Positions 26,255-40,072 of a stretch of 64,000 nt of DNA are shown in pieces. Numbering within the stretch: position 1 is the stretch's first letter; each line of letters begins with the position of its first letter. Where the stretch lies: assembly GCA_038087875.1 (NCBI GenBank), contig CM075989.1:1922001-1986000 (forward strand), given 5' to 3'. The translations under genes were made by a program, and so were the position numbers. Source of the stretch: Malacoraja senta. Lineage: Eukaryota. Under the pieces are notes generated by a model, which saw only the letters and a list, made by a program, of their open reading frames with translations, made no database searches and was not told where the DNA came from.

Positions 26255-29000
26255 GGGAAGGAACTGCAGATGTTAGTTTAGAAACGAAGATAGACACAAA
26301 AAGCTGGAGTAACTCAGCGTGTCAGGCAGCATCTCTGGAGACGAGGAATAGGTGACCCTTCTTAAGACTGAGAGTCAGGGGAAAGGGAAACAAAGGATAT
26401 AGACGGTGATGTAGAGAGATATAGAGAACCAATGGATGAAAGATATGCAAAAATGTATGATAAAGGCAACAGGCCATTGTTAGCTCGGGGCTATGTGAAA
26501 ACAAGTACAGACAATTACAATAGACCCAAAGAGCTGCAGTAACTCAACAGGACAGCCACCATCTCTGGAGAGAAGTTTCAGGTCCAGACCCTTCTTCAGA
26601 CTGGTTTTGGAAAAAGGAAACGAGAGTTTTAAATGATGATTTAGTGAGATAAAGAACAATGAATGAAAGCGATGCAAATAAGTAACGATGATAAAGGAAA
26701 CAGGTCATTGTTAGCTGCTTGTTGGGTGAAAACGAGAAGCTGGTGCGACTTGGGTGGGGGAGAGATAGAGAGAGAGGGAATGATGGGGCTACTTGAAATG
26801 AGAAATATTAATATACATATTACTGGGGTGTAAGCTGCCCAAGTGAAATATGAGATGCTGTTCCTCCAATTTGCGTTTAGCCTCACTCTAACAATGGAGA
26901 AGACCGAAGATGGAAAGGTCTGTGTAGGAATGGGAAGAAGAATTAAAGTGTCCAGCAACCTGGAGATCAGGTAGGTTCAGGCGGACTGAGCTAAGATGTT
27001 CAGCGAAATGATCGTCCAGTCTACGTTTGGTCTCGCCGATGTATAAGAGTCCACAGCTTGAACAATGGATACAGTAGATGAGGTTGGAGGAGGTGCAAGT
27101 GAACCTCTGCCTAACCTGAAAGGACCGTCGGCATCCCTGGACAGTCAAGGGAGGAGGTATAGGGACAGGTGTTGTATCTCCTGCAGTTGCAGGGAAGGTA
27201 CCTGGGGAGGGGATAGTTTGGGTGGGAAGAGAAGAGTTAACCAGGGAGTTGCGGAGGGAACGGTCTCTGCGGAAGGCGGAAAGGGGTGGAGATCGGAAAA
27301 TGTGGCTACCGGTGTGATCCCGTTGAAGGTGGCGGAAATTTTGGAGGATTATGTGTTGTATGCGACGGCTGATGGGGTGGAAGGTAAGGACTAGGGGGAC
27401 TCAGTCCCCGGTTGCGACTAGGGGGAGGGGGAGCACGGGTGGAGCAGCGGGGTACTGAGGAGACACGAGTGAGGGCCTCATCTATGATGGGAGAGGGGAA
27501 CCCCCGTTCTCTAAAGAATTAGGGATGTCCTAGTATGGAACACCTCATCTTGGGCCCAGATGCGGCGTAGATGGAGGAATTGGGAGTAGGGGACAGAGTC
27601 TTTGCAGGAAGCAGGGTGGGAAGAAGTGTCATTGAGATGAGTTGTGGGAGTCAGTCGGTTTGTAATAGACGTCAGTTAATAGTCTATTTCATGTAATGGA
27701 GACTGTGAGATCAAGAAAGGGGAGGGAGGTGTCGGAGATGGGAGTGCAGGACCAAAATTGGTGGTGAAGTTGATGAAGTCCATGAGTGCTGCATGGGTGC
27801 AGCAGGTAGCACCAATGCAGTCGTCAATGTAACGGATATAGAGTTCAGGGATAGGGCCAGGGATTGTTCAACGTACCCTATAAAGAGGCAGGCATAGCTG
27901 AGGCCCCATGCGGGTTCCCATAGCTACGCCTTGGACTTGGAGCAAGTGGGAGGAGACAAAGGAGAAGTTGTTGAGGGTGAGGACCATCTACGTTAGGCAG
28001 AGTAGTGTGTTAGTGGGGAGAAATTGAATGGTTCTGCAGTCGAGGAAGAAACTGAGGGCTTTAAGGCCTTCCTGGTGGGGGATGGAGGTGTAGAGTGACT
28101 GAACGTCCATAGTAAAGATGAGGAAGTGGGGGTCAGAAAGCGGAAGTCATTAAAGAGATGAAGGGCATGTGAGGTATCTTGGACATAGGTCAGAGAGATT
28201 GGACCAGGGGGGATAGGATGGAGTCGAGGTACGTGGAAATCATTTCCGTGGGACAGGAGCAGGCAGAAACAATGGGTCTGCCAGGGCAGTTGTGTTTGTG
28301 GAATTTGGGGATAAGGTAAAAACGGGCTGTGCGGGGCTGGGAAATGATAAGGTTGGAGGCTGTGGGAGGCAGACAACCAGAAGTGATGAAATCAGTAATG
28401 GTGTTTGAGATTAAGGCCTGGTGCTCGTCTGTGGGATCATGGGCCAAGGATAAGTAGGAGGAGGTGTTTGAGAGGTGTCGCCTGGCCTCAGCCCGGTAGA
28501 GATCAAAGCGCCAGACTACCACGGCACCTCCCTTGTTGGCGGGTTTGATTATAATGTCGGGGTTGCTGCAGAGTGAGCAGAGGGCTGTACATTCAGAGGG
28601 GGTGAGGTTGGAGTAGGTAAGGGGAGTGCAAAAGTTGAGACAGTTGATGTCTAGTCGGCAGTTAGAAATAGAGGTCCAGAGAGGGTAGAAGGCCGTTCTG
28701 GGGAGTCCAAGAGGAGGGGGACCAGTGGAGACGGGAGAAGGGGTCATCACTGGGTGGTGAGGACTCCTTCCCATAGGAAAAGGCACGGACAATGAGACTC
28801 AACAAGATGACTTTGAAGCTAGTGCGACTTGGGTGGGGAGTGATGGAGTGAGGGAATGCAAGGGTTACTTCAAGTTTGAACTTGAACTTGAACATGAAGT
28901 TAGAGAAACCAATATTCAAACCTCTGGGTTGTAAGTTGCCCAAGCGAAATATGAGGTGCTGTTCCTCCAATTTGCGTTTGGCCTCACTCTGACAATGAGA
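26255..29000 (-). mobile_element. Degenerate Penelope-like retroelement (RT + GIY-YIG) with direct pseudo-LTR repeat
   Basis: RT N-terminus SNLTPSE..IIKPANKGGAVVVW..PKFHK..PGRPIVS (28190-28792). GIY-YIG FTCTSSNLIYCIHC..YIGETKRRL..RF/HFAEH (26888-27148). The 3' segment 26740-26895 recurs at 28820-28998. Multiple frameshifts. Confidence 0.9.
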
Positions 29001-31331
29001 GGGTGACGGACAAGGAGAGATTGCTGCAATCATCAATGAGCAAGTCTGTCTTTCCAGTTCTCTGATTGGAGGCTAGAGCCGGAGAGAGGGGAGGGAGGAG
29101 GGAAGTTGGAGACACAAGGAACTGCTGAACTCATGAGTAAAACACAAAGAGCTGGAGTATCTCAACGGGTCAGGCAGCATGTGTGGAGAGAATGGCCAGA
29201 CAACGTTTTGGATTGGGACAAAGGGTCCTGACCCAAAACGTCTCCTATCCATTCCCTTCCCTTTAGGCAGCACAGTGGCGCAGCGGTAGAGTTGCTGCCT
29301 TAGAGTAGCAGAGACCCGGGTTCGATCCTGACTACGGGTGCTGTCTGTACGGAGTTTGCACGTTCTCCCTGTGAAAGCGTGGGGTTATAACCTGAGATAT
29401 TTTGATACTTTGGAATTCACCAGCTGGAATGTCAGTGTAAACAAACGCATTGATAAAAAGGGCACTGGATCAAGACTTCTTGACAACAAAGCGCCCAGGG
29501 AGGGAGCAAGGGTGGGGATAACTGTACCTTTTTTAAAGAGCTGGCATAGCATGATGGGCCAAATGGCCTCATCCATGTGGGTTATGATCCAGAATCACAC
29601 AAACCGTGTCGGGATGTCTCTCGTAGCTGGACCCATACATATCTATAGACAATAGACAATAGACAATAGGTGCAGGAGTAGGCCATTTGGCCCTTAGAGC
29701 CAGCATCGCCATTCAATGTGATCATGGCTGATCATCCACAATCAGTACCCCATTCCTGCCTTTTCCCCATATCCCCTGACTCTGCTATTTTAAGAGCCCT
29801 ATCCAGCTCCCTCTTGAAAGCATCCGGAGAACCTGCCTCCTCCGCCCTCTGAGGCAGAGAATTCCACACACACACCATTCTCTGTGAGAAAAAGTGTTTC
29901 CTCGTCTCCATTCTAAATGGCTTACCCCTTATTCTTACTCTAACCTGCTGCTTCTGCCTTCTTTCACGATCCCTGAGACACAGGAGTTAGCCGTCCACAA
30001 GCACGGTGACGCAGCGGTAGAGTTGCTGCCTTACAGTGCCAGAGACCCAGCTTCCATCCTCACTACAGGTATTGTCTGTATGGAGTTTGTACGTTCTCCC
30101 TTTGACCATGTGGGTTTTCACTGGGTGATCCGGTTTTCTCCCACACTACAAAGAAATACAGGTTGGTAGGTTAATTGGCTTGGTAAATGATTGTAAATTG
30201 CCCATAAGATAGACACAAAAAGCTAAAGACAAACAGATTTGTAGGATAATTGCCTTTGGTAAAATTGTAAATTGTCCCTAGTGTGTGTAGGATAGTGTTA
30301 ATGTGTGGGGATCGCTGGTCATTGCGGTCTCGATGGGCCGAAGGGCCTGGTTCCGCGCTGTATCTCTAAACTAAACTTAATTCTATGTTCATCACATTGA
30401 TCTTATAGAGGTGTATAAAATCATGAGAGGAATAGATCGGGAAGATGAACAGAATCTCTTGCCCAGAGTAGGTGAATCGAGGACCAGAAGACATAGGTTT
30501 TCGGTGATTTAATAGGAATCTGATGGGTAATCTTTTCACACAAAGGGTGGTGGGTGTATGAAACAAGCTGCCAGAGGAGGTAGTTGAGCAGGTGTTATCC
30601 AACGTTTAAGAAACAGTTAGACAATTACATGGATGGGACAGGTTTGGAGGGATATGGACCAAACGCGGGCAGGTGGGACTAGTGTAGCTGGGACATGTTG
30701 GTCGTTGTGGGCAAGTTGGGCCGAAGGGCCAGTTACCGCACGGTATCACTCTATAACCTACCTGATCTCCTTGTGGTTCAGCACTTCAACTCCCCATCCC
30801 TTTTCCACACTGACCTTTCTGTCCTGGGCCTCCTCCATTGTCAGAGTGAGACCCAGCGCAAATTGAAGGAACAGCACCTCATATTTTGCTTGGGCAACCC
30901 TAGCGGTATGAACATTGACTTCTCTAACTTCAACTACATTCTATCTTTGTCCCGCCCCCTCCCCTGACATCAGTCTGAAGAAGGGTCTCGACCCGAAAAC
31001 ATCACCCATTCCTTCTGTCCAGAGATGCTGCCTGTCCCGCTGAGTTACTCCAGTATTTTGTGTCTATCTTCACTCTATGGCTCTCATAAGCCAAGGGCAA
31101 CATTGAGCCGGGACTGTGGGCTGCAGGTGTAGCCAGCTCACGGTCTGAAGTTAGACAAAAGGACATGCAATCTTAGATCAAGGAACCGGGGCAAATACAA
31201 TATTTGACACTCGGGTTCTAAATCAGATTCACCGTGCAATGCCCGTGCCAATATCAGTTTGCAAGGAGTTATAAACATGAGAGTAAAGAGGTGGATGTCG
31301 GGCTTGGCATCTGGCCACACGACACACTCAC

Positions 31332-31462
31332 CTTCACGGCCACCAGCATGTTGTCCTTGGTTGGGCTCAGATTGTAACACTCAGCCAGGAAAACTTTCCC
31401 AAACGCTCCCTCGCCCAGCTCTCGCTTCAGAACGATGTCCCTTCGCTTGATGTGCTGTACAT
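31332..31462 (-). CDS. NTRK3: Trk receptor tyrosine kinase internal exon (kinase subdomains I-II), 131 nt
   Basis: Encodes (Y)[43 protein letters not shown], with the Gly-rich loop and VAVK lysine. YNLSPTKD matches TrkC rather than TrkB (YNLCPEQD). Acceptor tgtcacag|AT, donor AAG|gtgagt. Confidence 0.93.
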
Positions 31463-34257
31463 CTGTGACAATAATCAACACAGTGGCCACAGTGAGGTTG
31501 AGTTGTGCGGCAACGATCACACACAAACATGAACAGCACGGTGGCGCAGCGGTAGAGTTGCTGCCTCACAGCGCCAGAGACCCGGGTTCAAACCTGACTA
31601 CCGGTGCTGCCTGTACGGAGTTTGTACGTTCTCCCCGTGACCTGTGTGGGTTTTCTCTGGGTGGTTCCGGTTTCCTCCCACACTCCAAAGACGTACAGGT
31701 TTGCAGTTTCACACAAACAGCTGGAATAACTCAGCGGGTCAGACAGTATCTCTAGAGAAAAGGAATAACTGACGTTTTGGCTCAAGACCCTTCTTCTTAC
31801 TGAAGAAAGTCTGAAGAAGGGTCACGAGCAGAAATGGCAGCTATTCCTTTTCTCCAGAGATGCTGTCTGACTTGCTGAGTTACTCCGGTTTTTGTGTCTA
31901 TCTTCGATTACACCCAGCATCTGCAGTTCCTTCCTATGTAAGTTAATTGTCTCTAATTCCTATAACTTGTGAAGTGTGGGTGGTGACTTAGTTGTCCACT
32001 GTGTGTTGGCCCTAGTCATGATGGGTGCTCGACTTTGATTAATTGATTGATTGAAAGATACAACCAGAAAACAGGCCCTTCGGCCCACCAGGTCCACGCC
32101 AACCACAACACCCACTCACACTTGGGTGGATGCTATCCCACTTTCACATCCACTCCCTAAAGATTAGGGGTGATTTGCAGAGGCCAATTAACCAACAAAC
32201 CCTTGTTTAAGAAGGAACTGCAGATGTTGGAAAAATCAAAGGTAGATAAAAATGCTGGAGAAACTCAGCGGGTGAGGCAGCATCTATGGAGCAAAGGAAT
32301 AGGTGACATTTCGGGTCGTGACCCTTCTTCAGGTATATTTTTTATCTGCTAACCAACAAACCCTTATGTCTTTGGGATGCTGGAGGAATCCGGAGCATCC
32401 AGACCCTCATAGCACCAGACACCCTGGTTCCATCTTGACCTCAAGCACTGTCTGGGCCCAGTTTCTACACTCACGTTGTGACTGTGTGGGTTTTCTCCTG
32501 GTTCCCTGGTTTCCTCCCACATTCTAAAGATGTACCAGTTTGTAGGCTAGTTGTAAGTTGCCCCTATTGTACGAGTGATTGATTGTTAGCGTGGACTCGG
32601 TGGGCCGAAGGGCCTGTTTCCACACTATCCCTCTAAAATGTAAGATTACCCCTCAGTCTCCGGTGTACCAAGGATTAAAGTCCAAACCTGCCCAGCCTCT
32701 CCCTGCAGCTCAGGCCCTCAGGACCTGCCACATCCTCGTAAACTTAACACCACCCTTCATATAGCAGGGTGGCCAAAACTCAACGCATTGCTCCAAATGA
32801 GGCCTCGCCAACATCTTGTACAAAAAGCTGCCGGATAAATGACCCCATTTTTAGTAAGCCCATTCAGGAGAGGAGCAGGGGGTCAGGGCTTTGCTGGACA
32901 GCTCCTGTCCTGCCTGTGTGTTTGGGCCAAGAAGCACACCTTGTCTGCTGCAACTGACCTCTCACCCTGACCTCTCACCCTGACCCTGGACTGCCCTCTG
33001 AGACCAGAGGTGGTTTCTGATCAGAGCTGAGGGTCAAAGAATCCAGAGTGTTTGGGTCTATGTTCTACGCTCTATGTAATTGTCGTGTGTGTACTGACGA
33101 TGGAACAATTAGTCTCATTAAATTTAGTTTAGAGATACAGCATGGAAACAGGCCCTTCGGCCCACCACGCCCGCACCGACCTGCTATCCTACCCATTAGG
33201 GACGATTTGCATGTATACCAAGCAAATTAACCTACAAACCTGTACTTCTTCCAGCATAACATCACCCTTCATATGTCACCCTTCATGAACACATTGTTCC
33301 AAATGTGGCCTCACAAACATCTTGTACAAAAAGCTGACAACGCTGCCGGATAAATGACACAAAATGATTGAAGCACTGGGGTGAAATGTTGTCAGAGGTG
33401 ACAGGGGCTATGGGGAGAATGGGGTTAGGAGGGGGAGATAGATCAGCCATGCATGAATGGCGGAGTAGACCTGATGGGCCGAATGGCCTAATTCTGCTCC
33501 TATCACTTCTGATCTTTGGAGCGGACACAATAGCGTGAAGCCTCAACGTACATGGAGGACGTTGTACCTCCTCGCAGTGCCCCCTTGGCAGTAGTGGAAG
33601 TGCAGCAGAGGGAATGCTGACTGCATCGTCCTGCAGAGAGGAGACTGCACCTCTCCAGCTTGTCACACAGGCTGCGCTTCAATTAAACAGATGACCAAGG
33701 ACTGTGGGCCGGTGTGCCGTGGTGCCTGGAGCAGTGGTGCACGACATGTACACCAGTAGCCGTTTCCTGGGACAGTAGGCAACATGATATATAACAGCAG
33801 CGACCATGGAACATCAATCACAGTCAGCCCCTTAGCTAACGCACCTCAAGAAGTCTCTGGATTGATGTGGAAGATAGACACAAAAAGCTGGAGTAACTGG
33901 ATTTATGTGGGCAGCCAAAAAGCTAAATGGGATTGACTTGACGCAAACAAGAGTGTATTAAGAGCAATGGCCTGGGAATGTTAATATGCTGGCTGTTGCT
34001 GTCAGACCATACTTCACCGACACTAGCAGCCACACGTCCGTATCTGACAGCCAGCTCTACTGCTCTGCTCTCCAAGCTGATGCCAGCTCAGGGCCGCTCC
34101 TGATAACTGCCACCCACAGTCTCACCCGCTACTTAAATAAACATACATCCCTTCCTTATCAGCTCCCCCACAACCAACAACAGACCATTGTGGGCTCCAC
34201 CTGTCCTTGGTCATCGATGCGGGCTTTGATTTGTTCTGAACCTCTTCATACCTGGGT

Positions 34258-34565
34258 GCGGCATGGTGGTGCAGCGGTAGAGTTACTGCCTCACAGTGCC
34301 AGAGAACCAGGTTCAATCCTGACTACGGATGCTGTCTCTATGGAGTTTGCACGTTCTCCCCATGACCGCGTGGGATTTCTCCCTGTTTCCTCCCCCACTC
34401 CAAAGATGCAAAGATGCATAATTTGTTAATTAGCGTTTTATTTAAATTGTAAATTGTCCCTAGTGTGTAGGATGGTGCTAATGTGCGGGGATCGCTGGTC
34501 GGGACAGACTCGGTGGGCCGAAGGGCCTGCTTCCGCACTGTATCTCTAAACTAAACTGAACTAAA
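34258..34565 (+). mobile_element. HE1-type V-SINE
   Basis: A/B boxes, V-domain and tail. Confidence 0.85.
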
Positions 34566-35610
34566 CCTCTGATTTCCATCTCCTCTGACATTCAGTCTGA
34601 AGAAGGGTCTCAAGCTGAAACTTCACCTATTTCCTTTTTCCAGAGATGCTGCCTGACCCACCGAGTCACTCCAGCATTTTGTGTATATCTAAAGTATTCA
34701 ATGTTTTCACCATTGCATATTAGCTCCTTCATAATGCTGTCTCCTTCTTGCCAATTCTGCGCAAGCTGCTGATCTCCCTGAACATCCACAATACAGGCAG
34801 CGCACAAATAAACAGCATGATTCATCTGTGTTAGGAATCAGCCAGTTAATTTTTAAAATGCAAATTGGATATATAAAATCTGTTGCTGAACAATTTGAGC
34901 TCAAAATTTATTGCATCTATTCTTCTGGGACCATAGGTTTTGTTTCAAAACAATGTCAAATGCAGCTACACGGAGCTACACGGAGAATGTCACAGGCCAC
35001 CTGCTAGTGACGGCATTCACTAACATCTAAAGGCTTCACATCTGAATCTATAGCTTCTGTAAAACCAGTTGCTCCCTAATGTAGGTGCTTTAGCACAGAA
35101 AGATTCTCGCCCAAGAACCTTAGTGAGGAATAATCAGTGAAAGCCCTGAACCAGCCCGTCCTAAATCCTTAATTCATTCTTCCGTTCAGTTCAATTCACT
35201 TTAGTTTATTGTCACGTGTATCGAGGTACAGTGAAAAGCTGCATGCTAACCAGTCAATGGAAAGACGATACATGATTACAATTGAGCCATTTACAGTGTA
35301 TAAATGAGAATTGTTGCTGTGGGTGTTGAGATGTAAGAGTGTGGAGTGATTGTAATGTGGGTGTGTAGATCTGCTTCTGTGGCCAGCACACAAATAGTCG
35401 CCTGGTTTGGGCGCCATCTTGGAAACACGACATCGACCATGCCCCAACTCATTCCATCCACTGCCTTAGCCGTCCTCCAGCCAAATAGCTTTCCCGGGCA
35501 TCGTGTCACCCTTATCCTCCATTGAGAATACCCTCAGCATTAACCCTGTCCCCTGCTGGTGTTCTACAGTGTGGGCGGCACGGTGGCGCAGCGGTAGAGT
35601 TGCTGCCTTA

Positions 35611-35944
35611 TGGGCACTGTCCCACTTTTCCGACGACTGCCGGCACCCGTCATAGGTCGTTGCAGGTCGCCGAAAACTTTCAACATGTTGAAAATTCAGC
35701 GGCGACCAGAACAAGGTACGACTCTTTGGTCGACTACTCACGACCATACAGGCTTCAGCCCGCGACATGTCGCCTGGGTGTCTCCTGTACGGTTGTGAGT
35801 CGTCTCCTCAGTCGCCCAAAGAGTCGTAGCGTCTTTCTGGTCGCCGCTGGAATTTCAACATGTTGAACATTTTCGGCGACCTGCAACGACCTATGACGGG
35901 TGGCGGCAGTCGTCGAAAAAGTTGCGTAAGTGGGACATGACCCA
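35611..35944. mobile_element. PIF/Harbinger-type palindromic MITE inserted in an HE1 SINE
   Basis: TTA TSD at 35608-35610 and 35945-35947. Termini TGGGCACTGTCCCACTT / AAGTGGGACATGACCCA. Almost the whole element is an inverted repeat. Confidence 0.85.
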
Positions 35945-38521
35945 TTACAGTGCCGGAGACCCCGGTTCCTTCCTGACCACAGGTGGTGTCTGTAAGGAGT
36001 TTGCACGTTCTCCCTGTGACTACATGGGTTTCTTCCAGGTGCTCCAGTTCCCTTCCACGGTCCAAAGACGTACAGGTCAGTAGGTCAATTTACTTTGGTA
36101 ATTGCAAATTATCCTTAGTTTGTCGGATTGTGCTGGTGTATGGGGTGATCGCTGGTCGGCACAGACTCGGTGGGCCGAAGGGCCTGTTTCCATACTGTAA
36201 AGTCTAATGAAGAATGCCATCTTTGAATACCTGAATTCCTGTGCTGTACTGTTCTATGTTTTATGTTCTAATGCTGCACTTGAGCATGGGTTTGGATTTG
36301 GGGAATAGTGATCTGTCCTCTGCGGGCAGAACCAGTGCATGGCTCCTTCAACTCCCACATCTCTGGTTCCTTTTCTTCAGCACCGCCTCAGGGCTGACGG
36401 GCACCAGTTCCCACTCCGTTGTCAGGGGAGAGAGATGTTTACGTGAGGGTATTCTCAGGCTGGGTGGGTCACCAAACTGCAGCTGTGAAAGGTGCTGATG
36501 GTTTAACGGCACTTTATGACCTCATGTCCCAAGGTACAGTGACATTCTTTGTCCTTGCCTACAATTCACAAAGTACACAAAGGGATGCCAAGTATCTGGT
36601 GCTGACAAAGTTACAAAGCACTCATTAGAGTCGCGATGATCCCTCTTGGATCTCGGTGCTCCTGGCTCCTCCCTCGTTCTCGGTGACTCACAGACCCTTC
36701 CACAGATAGGGTGGAAAGTCCACGACTAGGTCAATGGGTGCGTTCCTTCCACCATTTACCCTGGGGTTCATGTGCATCCGACACTCGGGCTCAATGTTCC
36801 CTGTGTCAGCCTAAACGCTCCTTCTCCACTTGAACCGGGCAAGATCCAGAGATTTCCAGCAGTCATTGGGGGCTTTACACTGTGGGACTGAGCAGAGCGG
36901 CATGGTGGTGCAGCTGGTAGTGCTGCTGCCTCACAGTGCCAGAGACCCCAGTACGATCCTGACCTCGTGTGCTGTCTTTGCGGAGTTTGCGTGTTCTCCC
37001 TGTGACTGCGTAGGTTTCCCCTGGGTGCTCCAGTTTTTCTCTCACATCCCAAAGACGCGTGGGTTTGTTGGTGAATTGGCCTCTGTCAATAATATTGTGC
37101 AGGGAGTGGGTGAGAAAGTGAGATAACATAGAACCAGTGTGAATGGATGATCAGTGGTCGGCAGGAACTCGATGGGCCGAAGGGCCTGTTTCCATGCTGA
37201 ACCTCTAAAACTACAACATCCTTGAAACTTTTAATCTGTCCACCTGATCATCTCTTCCCTTGACAGATGGTTTTGGGAGTTGGTATTTTCAGTTTAGTTT
37301 AGATTAGAGATACAGCATGGAAACAGGCCCTTCAGCCCATCGAGTCCGTGCCGACCAGCAATCCCCATACACTAGCACTATCTTACACACTGGGAACTGC
37401 TGTAGGAAGGAACTGCAGATGCTGGTTTAAACCGAAGATAGACACAAAATGCTGGAGTAACTCAGCAGGACAGCGTCTCTGGAGATAAGGAATGGGTGAT
37501 GTTTTGGGTCGAGACGGGTCGGGTCTGAAGAAGGGTCTCGACCCGAAACGTTCCTTCTCTCCAGAGATGCTGCCCATCCTGCTGAGTTACTCCAGCTTTT
37601 TGTGTCTATCTTATGGGCAATTTATGATCTTTACGAAGCCAATTAACCTATCAACCTGCACATCTTTGGAGTGTGGGAGGAAACCGGAGCACCCGGAGAA
37701 AACCTACGCAGGTCACGGGGACAAGGTACAAACTCCATACTGGCAGCACCCGTAGTCGGGATCGAACCCAGGTCTCTGGTGGCTGTCAGGCAGCAACTCT
37801 ACCGCTGCGCCACCATGCTGCCCCCTTTGTGCATACACATGAGGTAGCCTGGGGAGTGGAGTAGTGTGCTGATTGTTACGAAGGCCGCAGTTTACTGGGT
37901 GTCTGCGAGACGATGTTGATATTGGTCTCCTTATCCAACGAGTGGATTTACAGAATTTTGCAGAAGCATAAAATCATGAGAGGAATAGATCAGGTAGATG
38001 TACTCTTTCCCAGAGTAGGGGTATCGAGGACCAGCGGACATAGGTTCAAGCTGAAGGGGAAAAGATTTAATAGGAATCTGAGGGGTAACTTTTTCACACA
38101 AAGGGTGGTGGGTGTATGGAACGAGCTGCCAGAGGAGGTAGTTGAGGCTGGGACCTAAGAAACAGTTAGACGGGTACATGGATAGGACAGGTTTGGAGGG
38201 ATATGGGTCAAGCGCAGGCAGGTGGGACTAGTGTAGCTGGGACATGTTGGCCGGTGTTGTATGAAGGGCCTGTTTCCACACTGTATCGCTTCAGGTGTCT
38301 GCAGGAAGCACTTTAGCTCTCAGAGTTATTGGGAGGGTAGGTAGACTGTAGGCTTTGTACCTGTTAATGATCTTCAAACGCCTTTCTCCTGAGTTGACCA
38401 AAGACTGTGCTAGCACAATGAAGGGGCGTGAAAATTCATCATCAGTGCTTGCCTTCATGAGTGGTGGCTTTCAAGAATTGGTGCAGAGTCTTACTGTGAA
38501 CCTTCATTGCCAGAGAATAGT

Positions 38522-39140
38522 GTTGGTACAGGGCCTGTGGTTGGTAGAGGGCCTGTGGTTGGTACAGGGCCTGTGGTTGGTACAGGGCCTGTGGTTGGTA
38601 CAGGGCCTGTGGTTGGTACAGGGCCTGTGGTTGGTACAGGGCCTGTGATTGGTACAGGGCCTGTGGTTGGTACAGGGCCTGTGGTTGGTACAGGGCCTGT
38701 GGTTGGTACAGGGCCTGTGGTTGGTACAGGGCCTGTGGTTGGTACAGGGCCTGTGGTTGGTACGGGGCCTGTGGTTGGTACGGGGCCTGTGGTTGGTACG
38801 GGGCCTGTGGTTGGTACGGGACCTGTGGTTTGTAGGGGGCCTGTGGTTGGTACAGGGCCTGTGGTTGGTACAGGACCTGTGGTTGGTACAGGGCCTGTGG
38901 TTGGTACAGGGCCTGTGGTTGGTACAGGGCCTGTGGTTGGTACGGGGCCTGTGGTTGGTACAGGGGCCTGTGGTTGGTACGGGACCTGTGGTTTGTAGGG
39001 GGCCTGTGGTTGGTACAGGGCCTGTGGTTGGTACAGGGCCTGTGGTTGGTACAGGGCCTGTGGTTGGTACGGGACCTGTGGTTTGTAGGGGGCCTGTGGT
39101 TGGTACAGGACCTGTGGTTGGTACAGGGCCTGTAGTTGGT
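38522..39140. repeat. 18-bp minisatellite (TGTGGTTGGTACAGGGCC)n, about 34 copies
   Basis: Directly visible. Confidence 0.97.
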
Positions 39141-39942
39141 TCAAGTTCAAGGCTGATATGCTTTAGTGAAATAGTGAACGATGACTGGAGCTCAGCCTAT
39201 GTGAAAGCCCAATGCCCCCTGAGTAAGGCAACTCTAGATCTGGGCTGATTGTGGTTGTAAAATGTAGGTGACAAGGCTGAACAGCATCATGAGCCCTATA
39301 GTTTACTCCAGCTCAACAGGAACTTTGTTGGAGGTGAGCCATGCCATGGTGGTGAGTAACATTGATTTGTACGGGTCTCAGGGGTGATGGGGAGAAGGCA
39401 GGAGAATGGGGTTGAGAGGGAAAGATAGATCAGCCATGACTGAATGGTGTAATAGACTTGATGGGCCGAATGGCCTTATACCGCTCCTACAACTTATGAA
39501 CTTATGAACAAATGATTGTCAGGAAATGCCCAGCCTGGCTTGGCACCAGTCTTAACCTGTCGATCTGGTGATTAGGATCACACTTTGCATGTCAATAAGT
39601 TCAAAAGTTTATAAGTTACAGCAGCAGAATTAGGCCATTTGGCCCATCAAGTCTACTCCGCCATTCAATCATGGCTGATCTATCTTTCCTTCCAAACCCC
39701 ATTCTCCTGCCTTCTCCCCATAACTCCTGACATCCGTACTAATCAAAAATCAGTCAATCCCCGCCTTACAAATATCCACTGACTTGGCCTCCACAGCCGT
39801 CTGTGGCAAAGAATTCCACAGATTCACCACCCTCTGACTAAAGAAATTCCTCCTCATCTCCATTTTAAGGCAAATTGTGAAGCAAATACAAGATGGAGCC
39901 TTTAAGGCAAATTTGAAGAACTTGCTCTGAAATTAGAGTCAA

Positions 39943-40072
39943 AGTGTTGAGGGAGGTCCCGACAGATGTTGTCAGGTGGGCGCTAGTGTTGAGGGAGGTC
40001 CCGACAGATGTTGTCAGGTGGGCGCTAGTGTTGAGGGAGGTCCCGACAGATGTTGTCAGGTGGGCGCTAGTG
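39943..40072. repeat. 42-bp unit, three perfect tandem copies
   Basis: agtgttgagggaggtcccgacagatgttgtcaggtgggcgct x3. Confidence 0.95.

Noticed and set aside
32955..32988. TGACCT half-sites in tandem (nuclear receptor element?)
   Set aside because: Explained by a 13-bp micro-tandem duplication; 7-nt spacing and no other support.
33505..33630. Possible truncated-TrkC terminal exon (ctctgcag acceptor, ...SMYVEAS...)
   Set aside because: Similarity to the mammalian TrkC.T1 tail is limited to YVE and could be chance. No recognisable T1 exons were found in the window.
38355..39248. PVPTTG / VQGLWL repeat proteins; CRISPR-like appearance
   Set aside because: 18-bp tandem repeat with no stops and no unique spacers; eukaryotic context with no cas genes.
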